Of a stretch of DNA of 64,000 bases, positions 32,282-43,300 are shown piece by piece. This DNA is from an uncultured Armatimonadia bacterium. GTDB lineage: Bacteria > Armatimonadota > Zipacnadia > CAVVLO01. The stretch's first letter is position 1. Every line of letters starts with the position of its first letter. The notes below the pieces were generated by a model. That model saw only the letters and a program-made list of their open reading frames with translations. It made no database searches and was not told the origin of the DNA. The stretch spans positions 544,001 to 608,000 of the forward strand of contig CAVVLO010000003.1 of assembly GCA_963749155.1 (NCBI GenBank), given 5' to 3'. Made by a program: the position numbers and the translations under genes.

Positions 32282-33799
32282 TTAGCCCTTCTCGAAACGC
32301 AAAGTCGTGATAGAGGCCATCGGCAACTCCAGCGCCTTGATGTCCACGCCGATAAGCTTCATCGGGCGCACGGCCTGAGGTTCCTCGAAGGTGTTATGCG
32401 AGTGGAGGTCCATCCCGCCAAGCTGAGTCGCCTCGGCCAGTTTCCAGGGCACTCCATCGCGCAGCAGCAGCGCGCCTTGGACAGCTTCCGCATGGTCGAG
32501 ATTCACAAGTGAGATGAAGAGTTCGGTGCCATCGTCGTTCACGCTGCAAGAGACTGACAGCGAGTCGCGCTCAGGCGCGTCAGGCAGTGAGAGGCGTTTG
32601 GCCCCAAGCGTCTCCGAGGCCACCAGCCACCCGTCCCGGTGCGGCTTGAACAAATCGTAAACATGATAAGTGGGCGTGGCGATAGCCTGCTTGCCCTTCG
32701 TCAGCACCAGCGCCTGCAGCACGTTCACGGTCTGGGCCATATTGGTCATCGCCAGGTCCTCTCCATGCTCGTGGAAACAATGGAAACTCGCCGCCGCGAA
32801 CAGCCCGTCCATCATTGTGCTGTCCTGGTACATACCGCTCTCGACGACAGCCTCTTTGTACCAGGTGCCCCACTCGTCCAGCACGACGCCGATGGGATGG
32901 CCGTACCAGCTATAAGCGCGCGCAAGGCCGATGGTCTTCTTCAGATAGCGGTCCATTATCGAGATCTGCCCGATAAGCCTGTAGTAGTCTTCCGTCTTGA
33001 AGGCGATATCGGATATCCCCCCGGCCGAGTAGATATGGATGGCCAGGTAATCCACCAGGTGCAGGGCGCCCTTCATCGTGTCGAGGAAGCGCTCTTCCCA
33101 GTCGGGGATGCCCGCATGCGAGCCGGAGGCGATAAAGCTTGCACCAGGGCCGGCGGTCTGCTTCATATAGGTGGCGTACTGGCGATAGAGATCAGCGTAG
33201 TATTCAGGCCGCATCGAACCGCCGCAGCCCCAGTTCTCGTTGCCGACGCCCCAGTATTTGACACCATAAGGCGCCTCGTGACCGTTCTCTTTTCGCTGCC
33301 TGGTGATGGTCGTGTCCTGAGCGGAGTTGCAGTACTCGACCCAGCTTGCGGCCTCTTGCACAGTGCCGCTGCCCACATTGGCGCAAAAATACGGCTCAGT
33401 GCCGATGAGCTTGCAGAAGCGCATAAACTCGTCGGTGCCAAACTGACAGTCCTCGGACTGGTTCCACCACAGGTTGTGGCGCTGCTTGCGCCCCTCGCGA
33501 GGACCGATACCGTCCTGCCAGTGGTAGTTATCGGCAAAACACCCCCCAGGCCAGCGCAATACGGGAAGCTCGAGCTTGGCGAGCAATTCGACCGTATCCA
33601 GGCGGATACCGCCCTCGTTTTCTATCTCCTTGTGGTCGCCGACCCAGATGCCTCGCTCCACGCACCGGCCGATATGCTCGGCGAAGTGACCGTAGAGATT
33701 GCGTCTCAAGCGGTGCCGGCGCACCTCGGGGTGGACTCGAACGGTAACTTTGCTGGTAGCAGCAGGGGCCGCTTCAATTATCTGAGATTTTCGAGCCAT
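32282..33799 (-). CDS. Alpha-L-arabinofuranosidase, GH51
   Basis: YGHFAEHIG, RWPGGCFAD, WGVGNENWGCGG, LDEWGTW and AQTVNVLQ motifs. Confidence 0.95.
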   Translation of the reverse strand: MARKSQIIEAAPAATSKVTVRVHPEVRRHRLRRNLYGHFAEHIGRCVERGIWVGDHKEIENEGGIRLDTVELLAKLELPVLRWPGGCFADNYHWQDGIGPREGRKQRHNLWWNQSEDCQFGTDEFMRFCKLIGTEPYFCANVGSGTVQEAASWVEYCNSAQDTTITRQRKENGHEAPYGVKYWGVGNENWGCGGSMRPEYYADLYRQYATYMKQTAGPGASFIASGSHAGIPDWEERFLDTMKGALHLVDYLAIHIYSAGGISDIAFKTEDYYRLIGQISIMDRYLKKTIGLARAYSWYGHPIGVVLDEWGTWYKEAVVESGMYQDSTMMDGLFAAASFHCFHEHGEDLAMTNMAQTVNVLQALVLTKGKQAIATPTYHVYDLFKPHRDGWLVASETLGAKRLSLPDAPERDSLSVSCSVNDDGTELFISLVNLDHAEAVQGALLLRDGVPWKLAEATQLGGMDLHSHNTFEEPQAVRPMKLIGVDIKALELPMASITTLRFEKG

Positions 33800-33814
33800 A
33801 CTGGCAACTCCTTA

Positions 33815-34869
33815 TCAGGTGTTGGCTTTGAGCCAGTCAAGGAAAGCGTCCGCCTCGGCTTTGCTTGAAGCTCCGCAGCAATAAAAAACCAGGGCCGGAT
33901 CCAGTTCCTTGTGCAGCGCCTTGATCGTATCAAGGGCCAGTCATATATCTGGACGCTCTTGCCGGCCTGCTGGCAACGCTTGAGCAAGTCCATCCACTCA
34001 TAAGTGGGCGGGTTGCCCGCTCCAGGCACCCATTGCATACAGTCTATCTCCTTGATGGCAAGGATATCCTCCAGGTGGGGCAGTGCATCCGGACCGTCAA
34101 GGTGATAAACCACATGGTCATGATAGGTGGCCTCTTCTTCAAGGGCCGGTATTACCCAGCGCCGAGAGTCGGCCGGTGAAAGCAGGCAGATGAAATCGCA
34201 CTGGATGGTCGCGTATTTGCCTTCCGAATAGGCCGGCGCCCAGCCCCCAAAGCCTTGCTCGGCATTACGACCAGCTTCAAAAAGGGCATCGCACATTGGC
34301 GCATAGACTGCGCGCACTTCGCGCATTACCCGGTCAATCGTCTCGGGCTCGTCCATCCCATCGATACAAAGCTGTTCTGGGCCCCGGATAGCCGCTGGGC
34401 AGTCATAATTGCTGTGCATATCGAGCGTGCCCAGCAGCGCCTTGCCCAGGAAGCGCTCCGCCGCCATCCGGTGGAACTCGAGCATCCGCTTCCACCAGTA
34501 GTTGTCGTCCTGCAGCTCGAAGTGGAAGTCATCCCAGCTAGTCACAAAGGGCTTGACCCAGTTGGTGCTCATATCAGAGGTAAACTGGAGATTGCCGCCG
34601 AGGAAAGCGCTCATCTGATCGGGGCCAAAATCGAGCCCGGCGCAAGGGATAGCCTCTCCACCGTAGTAGGCTGTCTCGAAATGGGCTTCCCATTTATCCA
34701 GCGAAGCCGCAAGGTTGCCCATCGACTTGTCATAATAAGAGGGACCCCAGGCTACGGGCGCCTCACCAGCAGGCGCGGTGATAACGCAGACAGGCCTGTC
34801 GAGCAGCTCATGGTTCCAGAAGGCGCGCCAGTATTCTTTGGCTCTATCAAAATCGGGCTTGTATAGCAT
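33815..34869 (-). CDS. URO-D-fold / methyltransferase-like hypothetical protein (frameshift near 33930)
   Basis: AIRGPEQLCID, IQCDFICLLSP, YHLDGPDALPHL and MQWVPGAG motifs. Confidence 0.7.
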
Positions 34870-34902
34870 CTGTTTCTCCTGTTATCAAAGGTGATTCTGA
34901 GT

Positions 34903-34928
34903 GTTCGCCTCAAGAGGCGCTTCTCCTC
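34903..34928 (-). promoter_or_regulatory. SigH-like bipartite motif
   Basis: GAGGA-N16-CGAAC, 34 nt before the ATG at 34869. Confidence 0.6.
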
Positions 34929-34997
34929 TGAAAGCCTCAGTCCTGTCCGCCGGGAAATCTGAGAACGCTAGCCCTTGAAATTTCCTTTAGAAACTTG

Positions 34998-35026
34998 TTG
35001 CAGGGCTGCGGACATCGGGGTAGTAT
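34998..35026 (+). promoter_or_regulatory. Candidate sigma70-type promoter of the GRE operon
   Basis: TTGCAG-N17-TAGTAT. Confidence 0.5.
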
Positions 35027-35078
35027 ACGCCTGCCTGAGAGGCTAGCAAACCTCTCCGAAGGGAGTCTGCCACAAACG

Positions 35079-35987
35079 ATGAGTGAAAAAGGTATTGTAT
35101 TCAACATCCAGCGGTTCTCTATCCACGATGGACCTGGCATACGCACCACTGTATTCCTTAAAGGTTGCCCTCTGAGCTGTGAATGGTGCCATAATCCCGA
35201 GGGGCTCGAATACGCGCCTCAGATCCGCCTGGCCGTGAACCTGTGCCAGCTTTGCGGGCGCTGCGTCGAAGCCTGCGAACTTGGGGGCCACGAAATCACC
35301 GAGGCGGGCCATCAGCTCCATCTCGAGCCTTGTATCCGGTGCAGCTCTTGTGTCGAAGCCTGCCTGGTTGGCGCAGTTGAGCTGGTGGGCAAAGAGCAAT
35401 CAGTTGCTGAAGTAATCGGTGTTGTCGTGCGCGACAAACCCTTCTACGAGCATTCTGGCGGCGGGATGACGCTTTCAGGCGGCGAACCCCTGGCCCAGTA
35501 CGAGTTCAGCAAGGCGCTGCTTGTGGCGGCAAGGGCCGAAGGGCTTCACACGGCCGTCGAGACCAGCGCGCTGGCGCCCTGGCACAAACTTGAAGAACTT
35601 TCTCGGCTCGTAGACCTCTGGCTTGTGGATTTGAAACATACCGACTCGGCGCGGCATAAGGAACTGTGCGGGGTGCCCAACGAGTTGATTCTTGATAATA
35701 TCCGCAAATTGGCCGCGACGGGCTGGCCGATGATTCTGCGCGTGCCCTGGGTGCCCGAGCGCAACGCAGAAGAGAGCTTCCTTGAGGGCTTGAAGAAGTT
35801 TTTGGCAACTCTCGATCCGGCGCCCGAAGTCGAGTTTATGTTGTACCATCGCCTGGGCAACGGCAAATGGCTCGGGCTTGGCGGCGAGCCGGTGATGCCC
35901 GATGATATTCCCAACGCGACCGCCGAAGACGTGATACCCTGGATTGAGCAACTGGCCTCTATCGGGGTACACTCAAAGACCAGTTAA
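35079..35987 (+). CDS. Glycyl-radical enzyme activating protein (radical SAM with 2x[4Fe-4S] insert)
   Basis: IQRFSIHDGPGIRTTVFLKGCPLSCEWCHNPE; CQLCGRCVEAC and CIRCSSCVEAC; GGMTLSGGEP. Confidence 0.95.
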   Translation: MSEKGIVFNIQRFSIHDGPGIRTTVFLKGCPLSCEWCHNPEGLEYAPQIRLAVNLCQLCGRCVEACELGGHEITEAGHQLHLEPCIRCSSCVEACLVGAVELVGKEQSVAEVIGVVVRDKPFYEHSGGGMTLSGGEPLAQYEFSKALLVAARAEGLHTAVETSALAPWHKLEELSRLVDLWLVDLKHTDSARHKELCGVPNELILDNIRKLAATGWPMILRVPWVPERNAEESFLEGLKKFLATLDPAPEVEFMLYHRLGNGKWLGLGGEPVMPDDIPNATAEDVIPWIEQLASIGVHSKTS

Positions 35988-36007
35988 CAAGGCCCAGAGG
36001 TGATGGG

Positions 36008-38195
36008 ATGAGTCTTGAAACAAGAAGCGATCTGGGCGCCCTTATGGACCCAACCTCGCGCATCAAACGACTGCGCAAGCGCGTTGTGGAGGCAGCTCTT
36101 ATCCCGCCAGACTCGAGTGAGGCAGCCCTGGCTGCCGCCCGGAGCTGGCTTGCGCACGGAGGCCACCCGAGCCATATCTGGCGCCGCGGCCGGCTGGCCG
36201 GAGATCTCCTCCGCGGGCTTACCCCAGTCATTGATGAAGACGAACTGCTCGTTGGGAAGTTCTCCCGTCGCCCCCTTACTGACGAAGAAGCCACCGAACT
36301 TGCCAACTGGCGCCGCTACGGAGAGCCTGCCACCAGCAAGGCCTACGGCCAGCGCGCGCATATGGCAATTGATTATGAGCGCGTGCTGCGCGAAGGCATC
36401 GAAGGCGTGCTTGCCCAGATCGCCCGGTATCGCGCCCGCCTTGATACCTCGCGCCCCGACCAGCAGGAGCAGGACTTCTTCTACCAGGGTTGTGAGGAGG
36501 CGTTAAAGGGTGTCGTAGAGCTTTCCGACAAATATGCCGACCTGGCTGAGCAGCAGGCCGCTCTGAGCAAGAGTCCCAGGCGCGCCAAAGAGCTGCGCGC
36601 TATCGCCAAGAGATGCCGGAAGGTGCCTCGCAAGCCTGCCGAGAGCTTCGCCGAGGCTTGTCAGGCGGCCCATTTCATCACTTTCTGTATGTGCGCGGGC
36701 AACCAGATGCTTCTCTTTCAGCTTGGCAGGCCCGACCGGTATCTGTGGCCCTACTACAAGAGGGACCTGGAAGCCGGCAAGCTGACCCGGACCGAGGCTT
36801 TGGAGTATCTCGATTGTCTCGGCTTCCTGTTGAACGAATACACCCCGCGCGGCCTGGCCGTCGGCTATATGGTCGGCGGGCGTGACGAGTGGGGCAACGA
36901 CGTTGCGAGTGAGCTGACTTACCTGGCGCTGCAGTCCATCCATCACACGCGGCTTGCCTACCCTGGCATTGGCCTCTGCTGGACGCCCGACACGCCCGAC
37001 GAGTTGCTTGAGCTTGCCAGCAGGCTGCTGGCGAGGGGCTATTCCCATCCGGCGCTTTTTGGGGACGAGACCATCAGCCGGGGGCTTGCGCGGCTGGGCC
37101 TGCCGTGGCGCGATGCCTGCCTCTACACCCACAGCACCTGCGTGGAGATAACCCCCATCGCCATCAGCAACGTCTACGTGGCCAGCCCTTATTACAATCT
37201 GATCCAGTGCCTGCACGATGTGCTGGGGGTGCCGCCAGTGGGCGGTCAGCCAGACCGGAGAGGCGCCGGAAATCGGCAGCTTCGAGCTGCTGTTCGAGCG
37301 GCTCAGGGCCCGCATCGCCCAGGCGGTGGCGCAGGGCACCGCCGAGAACAATATGGCGATGGCCTCTCGCGCGCAGGCGGGCGGCTTCCCGCTGCTGTCC
37401 TGTTTTGTGAACGACTGCCTCTCGCTGGGCAAGGATATAGACCAGGGCGGGGCGCGCGCCAACTGGCTGGAGGCCTCTTTCGTGGGCCTCGCCAATCTGG
37501 TGGATTCCCTGGTTGCGATCCGCCGGCTGGTTTTCGAAGACAAAAAACTCACTCTGAAGCAGCTACGGGAGGCGCTGGTCGCCGATTTCGAAGGCTACGA
37601 GGAAGTGCAGGCGCTGCTCGCCGGTCAGCCGAAGTATGGCAATGACGAGGTCGAGCCTGACGAGTTGGCCAGGGAGCTGACCGGGCTGCTGCTGGCCGAG
37701 TGCGAGAAGCATCGCAGCTACTGGGGCGATGCGGTAGTGCCAGGTTTCTTCTGCTGGATTATGCACGAACACCTGGGCCGCCAGACACTGGCCAGTCCCG
37801 ATGGGCGCAGATGCGGCTTCCCCTTCGCGGACGGCTCCGGGCCCGCCCAGGGGCGCGAGGCCAAAGGCCCCACCGCGATGGTGTGCAGCGTGACGGGCTG
37901 GGAACATGCCCCGATGATCGGCGGTATCGCGGTCAATTTCAAGTTCCAACCGACCAAGGACCCCGAAGCGCTTGTAGGTCAGTTGCATCCGGTGCTGAAG
38001 ACTTTCCTTGCGATGGGCGGTTTCGAGGCGCAGGTCAACGTCGTGAGGCGCGAAGAACTGCTGGACGCGCAACTTCACCCCGAGCTGCATCGCGACCTGG
38101 TCGTCCGCGTCGCCGGTTACAGTGACTATTTCGTCGGCCTGTCGCCCGAGATGCAAGCCGAAGTGCTGATGAGATCAGAACTCAACGAGGGCTGA
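36008..38195 (+). CDS. Glycyl radical enzyme A, about 728 aa (frameshift near 37253)
   Basis: LGRPDRYLWPYY, Cys loop HSTCVEI (TGC 37139), PKYGND, SPDGRR and Gly loop VRVAGYS (GGT 38115). Confidence 0.92.
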
Positions 38196-38196
38196 G

Positions 38197-40341
38197 ATGG
38201 CAGTTATCCGACCTGATGCTGGCAAATGGGGCCTCACCAAAGCCGAAGCCGAGGCGCTAATAAAAGCAGGGGAAAATTACGCTGCGGGATTTTTACTGGG
38301 TAAAAAAGGCTCCGTTGCGGAGCGCCACGCGCAGGGCATCGCCTCGGCGCTCGCGCATCTGCCGCTGCCCGCTTATGACGGAGAACCTCTCTGGCCTGGC
38401 CGAGGGCCCCTCTGGATAACCGCGCCTCCCACCGCTTTCTGGAATATGTACGTCGCCGTCGACCTTGCGATGGACGCCGGTATCGCCGCGCGCAAGGCCG
38501 AGGAAGCCACCGACCCGGTCACGTGCAGGGCGCTTGGCAAGCTGCAGCGCTTCCTCGAAACCTATCCTCGCGGCGGAGGTTACACTCACAGTATCGTCCA
38601 CTTCGACCGGGTGCTGGCCGAAGGGCTGGATTCCTACATCGCCCGGCTGGAGGCAAAACTGGCTGTCGGTGCGGACGAGGGCCGGATGGACTTCTGGCGC
38701 GCGCTGCTGGTCGTGGTCGAGGCCTTCGACGCCTACCGCAAACGCGTGGCCGATTATCTGATGGCCCTCACTTTCGATGATCCAGAGAAGGAAGCCAACC
38801 GCGCCCGGCTGGCCGAGGTCTTCCAGAATCGACTGGCGATGAAGCCCGCCGAGAGCTTCTTCGAGGCGATGGCGGCGACGACGTTTATCTATGCCCTCGA
38901 CGGCAGCGACGACCTGGGCCGGTTCGACCAGTTTATGGCGCCTTACTATGAAGCCGACCTGGCCGCAGGCCGCACCAACAAAGCAGAAGCGCTGAAGCTG
39001 ATTGCCGCCCTTTGGGACTATGTGGACAGTTGCTCAGGCTGGAATGTCGCCCTCGGCGGTAGCAAGCCGGATGGGTCAGAAGCAAGCAACCCGGTCACGC
39101 TGCTTGCCCTGGAGGCCGCGCGAGGCAAGCGCAGGCCCAACCTGGCCCTGAGGCTGCGCAAGGATACTCCCGATGAGGTCTGGCAGGCCGCCTTCGATAC
39201 TATCTCTACAGGCACAGGGCTACCCGCCCTCTACTCGGAGGAGAACTATCTGGCCGCGATGGAGCGCGCCCAGCTCAACTTGCCGGATGAAGATATGCGC
39301 CAGTTCGCCTTCGGCGGCTGCACCGAGCTGATGGTGCACGGGCGGTCGTGCGTGGGGTCGCTGGACGGTGATCTCAGTGTCATCAAGACGCTGGAGGAGA
39401 CCCTCCCCCACCTGCCCGAAGCGGCCACTTTCGAGGATTTTTACCTTCTCTTTGAAGAGGCGCTGCGCCGGGGTATTTACGACCTGACCGGGTTGGTCAG
39501 CCGCAACCAGCAGGTGCGCTCCGAATACCATCCCCAGCTTGTGCGCAGCCTGCTGATAGACGACTGCCTCGACCGAGGGCGCCACTATTACGCTGGCGGG
39601 GCTCGGTACAACTGGAGCGTCATCAATATCGTAGGCCTCTCCAATGCCATCGACTCGCTCTCGGCGGTGAAACGCGCCGTGTTCGAGGAGCAGCGCGCGC
39701 GCCCGAGGAGTCTACTAGCTGCACTGGCCGCCAACTTCGAGGGACAGGAAGCACTCCGAGCCTTCCTCCAAGGCTGTCCTCGCTACGGCAACGATTCGCC
39801 AGAGGTGAACGAGCTGGCGGCGCGGCTGTCCAGTTTCGTGTACAACGAGTTCAAGCGGTATGCGCCTTATCGGGGCGGGAAGTTCCTCTGCGGGACTCTG
39901 ATGTTCGTCACCTATGGCTGGTACGGCGAGCCGGTCGGCGCAACCCCTGATGGGCGACTTGCAGGCACGCCGGTCGGCGATTCGGCCGGGCCAGTACAGG
40001 GACGTGACCACTCAGGCCCGACAGCGATGCTGACCTCGACCGCGGCGCTGTCCCAGCAGGACGCGCCCGGGACGCTGGTAGTCAATCTGCGCGTCGCCAA
40101 GTCGCTGCTGGCCTCAACCGAAGGCCGCTCGCGGCTCAAGGCGCTGGTCGAGGGCTACTATGAGCAGGGCGGGCTGCAACTGCAACTGAACGTAGTGGAT
40201 CAGGCCGTGCTGAAGGCCGCCATCGCCAGTCCTGAGGCCCACGGGGACCTTATCGTCCGCGTAGGCGGTTATTCTGAATACTTCAATAATCTCGACGAGA
40301 CGCTCAAGCTCTCCATACTGGAGCGCACCGAGCATTCCTGA
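38197..40341 (+). CDS. Glycyl radical enzyme B, 714 aa
   Basis: LGRFDQFMAPYY, Cys loop FGGCTEL (TGC 39319), PRYGND, ATPDGR and Gly loop VRVGGYS (GGT 40267). Confidence 0.93.
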   Translation: MAVIRPDAGKWGLTKAEAEALIKAGENYAAGFLLGKKGSVAERHAQGIASALAHLPLPAYDGEPLWPGRGPLWITAPPTAFWNMYVAVDLAMDAGIAARKAEEATDPVTCRALGKLQRFLETYPRGGGYTHSIVHFDRVLAEGLDSYIARLEAKLAVGADEGRMDFWRALLVVVEAFDAYRKRVADYLMALTFDDPEKEANRARLAEVFQNRLAMKPAESFFEAMAATTFIYALDGSDDLGRFDQFMAPYYEADLAAGRTNKAEALKLIAALWDYVDSCSGWNVALGGSKPDGSEASNPVTLLALEAARGKRRPNLALRLRKDTPDEVWQAAFDTISTGTGLPALYSEENYLAAMERAQLNLPDEDMRQFAFGGCTELMVHGRSCVGSLDGDLSVIKTLEETLPHLPEAATFEDFYLLFEEALRRGIYDLTGLVSRNQQVRSEYHPQLVRSLLIDDCLDRGRHYYAGGARYNWSVINIVGLSNAIDSLSAVKRAVFEEQRARPRSLLAALAANFEGQEALRAFLQGCPRYGNDSPEVNELAARLSSFVYNEFKRYAPYRGGKFLCGTLMFVTYGWYGEPVGATPDGRLAGTPVGDSAGPVQGRDHSGPTAMLTSTAALSQQDAPGTLVVNLRVAKSLLASTEGRSRLKALVEGYYEQGGLQLQLNVVDQAVLKAAIASPEAHGDLIVRVGGYSEYFNNLDETLKLSILERTEHS

Positions 40342-40355
40342 GGCAGGTTGGGTCT

Positions 40356-43300
40356 ATGAGAACAAGCCTTCTGGCTTTTATATTGCTGTTAGTCAGTGCG
40401 ACTGGTCTCGTTGCCGCTCCGCTGCCGGCCGAATTCGCTAACCTCAATGGGCAGTGGCGGTTCCAGACCGACCCTTACGAGGTCGGCGAGAGTGAGGGTT
40501 GGCAGGCGCCCGGCTATGATGATTCCACCTGGCGCCAGTTGAAGGCGCCCGGCCTGTGGGAGCCTCTCGGTATTACCGACCCGCGGCCTGGTCAGGCGCC
40601 CATCCCTGTCGGCGTTATGGGCTACAGTGATTATGACGGCATCGCCTGGTATCGCAGCAGCTTCGAGCTGCCCGCCGACTGGGAAGGCAACCCCCTGCTT
40701 TTCACTCTGGGCAAGGTGGACGACTGGGACAAGGTCTGGTTCAACGGCGTCTATCTCGGGGGCCTGGCAGATGAATCCACCACTGTACCTTCCCAAACCG
40801 TGCGAGTCTACGAAGTGCCTGACAGCGCCGCGCGTTATGGCGCAACCAATGTCCTTGCCGTGCAGGTGAAAGATGGAGGCGGGCCTGGCGGTATTACCGG
40901 CCCCTTCATCACGCTGCTGCCCAAATCGCTTATGGAGGCCAAAGCAATGTATTCCAGCCCTGAGGCGTCGCTACGAGACCGGTTTCTGAATCCTCCGAGC
41001 GAAAATCGTATCTTGCCCATCTGGCATGGCGCCGCCTATCGCGACGATGCGGATGGAGTGTTGCAAGAGTTGCTGGCGCAGGGTTTCGGTGGCATCGCTA
41101 CCAATGTGCCCTTCGATGAGGCCACCTATCTGCGTAATCCCGCCCACTGGGCCAATCTCAAGGCCATCCTCGAGGCAGGCAAAGCCGCAGGACTGACCTT
41201 CTGGCTCTACGATGAGCTGGGCTACCCCTCTGGCACCGCGGGCGGGCTTACGATGGAGAACAATCCCGAGTGGCAGTGCGCCGCCTTGCTGGTTTCCGAG
41301 GCCGACACCTCGGGCGAGTCGGTGGCGCTGGCTGTTCCACCGGGCCAGTTGGTGCTGGCAGCCGCTTATCCGACCAAAGAAGGCAACCTCGACCTGGCAG
41401 GCCAGGTGGACCTTTCCACTCAGATTGTAGACGACAAGCTGAACTGGACGCCCCCGGCAGGCGACTGGCATATCGTGCTGATTGGCAACGACTATATCCA
41501 TGAGGGCGCCCATGTCAGCGTCGCCTTGGGCGACAAGCTGCGTAAATATGTCAATCTGCTGATGGCGGAGCCGACCGAGAAGTTCTGCGAGGTCACCCAC
41601 GAGGCTTATGCGGCTAACCTGGGAGACGACCTGTCCAAATATTTCGTCTCGACCTTCACCGATGAACCGAGCCTGCAGACGCTGTGGTTCAAGACGATGC
41701 CCTACAAGCCACTGCCGTGGAGTCCTGGCTTCTCGGCAGAATTCCAGTCGAGGCGCGGTTATGCGCTGGAGCCTCTCCTTCCGCTGCTGGTAGCCGGTTC
41801 GGGCAGTCAGGCGGACAAGACGCGCTATGACTACTGGACGACCGTTGGCGAGTTGGTTTCGGAGAACTACTTCGGCGTTATCGAAGAGGTCTGCGAGGCC
41901 CATAACATCAAGTCGGGCGGCCACCTGCTGCTGGAAGAGCCGATGGCCTACCATGTGCCTCTCTACGGTGACTTCTTCCGCTGCATCCGGCGGCTGTCGG
42001 CCCCCAGCATAGACTGCCTGACCAGCATCCCCGACCAGGTGCCGTGGAATATCGCGCGCCTGCTCTCGAGCGCAGCCGAACTCAACGGCGACCGCGAGAC
42101 GATGTGCGAGCAGTCCGACCACGTCCAGCGCTACCGGCCCGAGGGCGACACCCGGCCAATCTACCAGGTTTCGCTGGAGGAGATCCGCGGCAGCATCAAC
42201 AGGCTGATGCTGGGTGGGATCCATGTAATTACCAGCTACTACAATTTCGAGGCTTTTAGCACGACCGAGCTGCGCGAACTCAACAAGTATGTGGGACGCG
42301 GTTCGACTCTGCTCAAGGGGGGTCACCAGGTCACTGATATCGCCGTGCTCTATCCCTCCGACAGCCTGTGCGCCAGCTTCGTGCCCTCTTACAACTGGAC
42401 CGATGACGCGCAGAAGACCAAATCCATCGAACAGATGTACTGGAATATCTCGGATGGGCTTTTCCGGGTGTGCCGAGATTTTATCTATGTGGATGCTCAG
42501 GCGCTTGAGGACGCGACCGTTGCCCCTGGCAAACTCGTGCATGGCGACCTGGAATGGCAAGTCGTAGTGCTTCCGAAGACTGACACGCTGCCAATCGCGG
42601 CCTGGCGCAAGCTGGCGGACTTCTGGCGCGCTGGAGGCCTAGTGGTTGCGGCAGGCGCCTTGCCGCAGAGCAGTGAAAGCGAGTTCCCAAGCGCCGAAGT
42701 ACAAGCCCTGGCGAAGGAACTTTTCACCGACACCAGCGGTCCTGCGGTCACGAAGAGCGCCGCGGGCGGGGCAGCCCTCTGGCTTCCGCAAGGCCAGGAG
42801 TTCCTGCTGCCACTCTTCCTGGACGCCCTGCTTGAGCCCGATGTCAGGCCGCTTGGCGAGAAGACGCCAATCAGGACCACCCATCGCAGGGTTGGCGGCC
42901 AGGATGTCTATATGCTTGCCAATGACAGCGGAGAGGCCTGGGTCGGTTCGGTCGAGGTTGCGGGCAAGGGGCCCGGCGTACTTTGGGAGCCTCTGACCGG
43001 CAACTTCAAGCCTGTTGAGGGCGGCGCGCCAGTCGAGCTTGCTTTGGGCGCTTATGACACGGCCTTCGTCACCTTCGAGGAGGTCGCCCCCAGAAAGCGC
43101 CTGGCCGGCCAGGTGGGTCAGGAAGCAGTAAGGATTATCCCCCTGCCGGATGTGAAGCCTGACTGGGGCAAGGGTGAATACGTCGAGGCGGAGCTAACCG
43201 CGGATGAAGCTCATTCGACGACGGACCGCCCGGCCTGGAAGTATGTCGGCACACTGACGAAGAGCGACACGGATACCTTCCTCTTTGCGGCCTTCAGGTT

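Noticed and set aside
37240..37260. Programmed frameshift in GRE-A
   Set aside because: No slippery heptamer, and similar indels occur throughout the window
36008..40341. Pyruvate formate-lyase (pflB) or choline TMA-lyase (cutC) call
   Set aside because: No Cys-Cys pair as in PFL, Cys loops differ from the CutC GCVEP pattern, proteins are shorter, and no microcompartment genes are present
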